Assembly (NCBI RefSeq): GCF_028641065.1
Contig: NC_073406.1
Span: 124,001-188,000, forward strand
Source: Leucoraja erinacea
Taxonomy: Eukaryota
Length of the DNA: 64,000 nucleotides
Direction: 5' to 3'
Every line of letters starts with the position of its first letter. Position 1 is the stretch's first letter. A model generated the notes under the pieces. It saw nothing but the letters and a program-made list of their open reading frames with translations, made no database searches and was not told where the DNA came from. Shown piece by piece: positions 62,181 to 64,000 of this stretch. The position numbers and the translations under genes are program-made.

Positions 62181-63767
62181 TCCTATTCTCACTTCAGAAT
62201 GATCACTGTTCCAGCTGAAGGAGAATGTAACCCGTAACGTCACCTATTTCTCTCCCGAGATGCTGCCTGTCCCGCTGAGTTACTCCAGCATTTTGTGGCT
62301 ACCTACAATTTCGTACACATCCTTTGACAAGCCATGTACCATTATATATTGGCTTTTCTTCATGATTACTGTGTCCAGATCCTGGAAATCCTTACAAACA
62401 CCACATTGTTTCTTCGGTTATACAATACGACAGAACTTTATTTATAAGAGGGAAATTGGTCTGCAACAGTCATAAAACACAAGATACATTAAATATGAAA
62501 TTAAAGTGACAAGTGAAAAGGATTGGGAATGTGCAAAGATTTGGTGTGGGGGGGGGGGTATGGAGGGGAATCAGTCTACCTCATGACAGAAGGGGAGGAG
62601 TTGTACAGTTTGATAGTACAATCCCCCCTCTTTTGTCGTGGGGAGACTGACTCCCCTCCCCCATTTGCATTCATCCATAAAGCCACGGTCAAGGTGGCAA
62701 CTCAACATTACCTTCCTTTGGACAATTAGGTGGAACAACAAGTCTTGCCAGTGATGCCATGTTCTGTAAATTTGTAAAAAAAAATGATGAAATTACAGTA
62801 TTTATTCCTGGTGATAATTTTGCTGATAAAGTTGCCTTTATAACAGTAAAAAATCCATTCTTGTACTCATGACAATATGTTTTATTTGTCAATTAAGCAA
62901 TTTAATATTTAAGTCATCTAAAGTGATTTCATACTGCTGCTTTTGGTGATTGTGAAAATGGACCATTCACATGTAGATTGGCATCAAGAGAAGGAGATGG
63001 AACTAACAGCTGGAAGATAGAATCCTAGATTGAAGGTGACCAGATTGTTTCTGTTATGTTTGTAATATTCAGTGATGGCCTATTCTGGTTTATATGTTAT
63101 TTGATGTTAGACAATGCACATATTGTTGTAGAATAAATGGTCGAGCTATTAGCTTAAACATGACACGGATCCCATGTTGTGAGGGGGATCCCAATAGACA
63201 TAATTTAAATAACTAATTAGAAGGGACAAGTGGCTTTCACAAACTATTTGATTGCTGCCTCACCCGCTGAGTTTCTCCAACAATTCTGTCTGTTAGATTT
63301 TTCCAGCATCTGCAGTTCTTTCCTCAACAGGGGATAGAATGGCAGGTTTTCAGTTACCAATGATGTCCACTCTAACTGGCCAGGCCAGACTAGTCTTGAT
63401 ATGGTGGTCAACATCAAAACCCCAATGAAACAATACAAGCAGAAAATTGTCATCAAATAATTGTGGCAATAATAAAGGAGGATAAGAAATTGACGAATAT
63501 TCAATCAGGAAAATAAAAATAACAAATGCTTGGGATAAGGGAGCATTGGGTAAGGCATTTTTGTGTGGTTGGAGGTTGAGTTGGCGAGGCACAGTGGGAA
63601 GGGCCTGTGGTGAAAGACTAGATGGCAGAAGGGTGGATGCAGTGGTGAGGGGTAGGGAAACTCAATTGATACAGTGCATTCAGAAAGTATTCGACCCCTT
63701 CACTTTTTCCACATTTTGTTACGTTACACCCTCTTTTATTACTTCAATGCAACATAAGGAATTTATG

Positions 63768-64000
63768 TTGGAAGGAACTGCAGATCCTGGTTTATACCGA
63801 AGATAGACACAAAGATAGACTGTTGGGGTCCTTGGAGTTGAGAGAGGAGGTATGGGAACAGGTGTTGCATATCCTGCGGTTGCAGGGGTAAGCACCTGGG
63901 GAATGGGTGTTTTGGGTGGGAAGGGATGAATTAACCAGGGAGCTGCTTAGGGAACAGTCTCTGCGGAAAGCGGAAAGCGGTGGAGATGTGACTTGTGGTG
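63768..64000 (-). mobile_element. Second, more diverged Penelope-like fragment running off the window edge
   Basis: 63822-64000 aligns by eye with 3185-3370. It is preceded by a copy of the short terminal repeat. Confidence 0.75.

Overview
Vertebrate genomic DNA, very probably from a cartilaginous fish (skate or ray). This is inferred from the V-SINE/HE1-type SINEs, CR1/HER1-type LINE tails and the protein divergence. Three spliced protein-coding genes can be reconstructed with canonical GT-AG sites and consistent phases. P3H1/LEPRE1 (minus strand, 15 coding exons, 35611 to 13818) sits head-to-head with a C1orf50 ortholog (plus strand, 5 exons, 37080-45619, 199 aa). AP5B1 (minus strand) has coding exons at 54136-53987 and 52903-50275 and a CpG promoter near 59.9-60.1 kb. 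P3H1 and AP5B1 each carry one frameshift as assembled. In P3H1 it is a 13-nt gap in a coding 27-bp tandem repeat, which uncouples a C-terminal KQEL ER-retrieval signal. The rest is dense with CR1, Rex/Babar and L2/Crack-like LINE fragments, V-SINEs, a Penelope-like RT/GIY-YIG element, many minisatellites and one N-gap. The most interesting signal is about 30 short elements matching the Penelope 3' end. They carry a minimal short-stem-III hammerhead ribozyme motif (CUGAAGA-A-stem II-GAAAC-GUH), often form inverted two-headed pairs, and several are flanked by 9-17 bp target-site duplications. Repeat boundaries were read by eye and are approximate.
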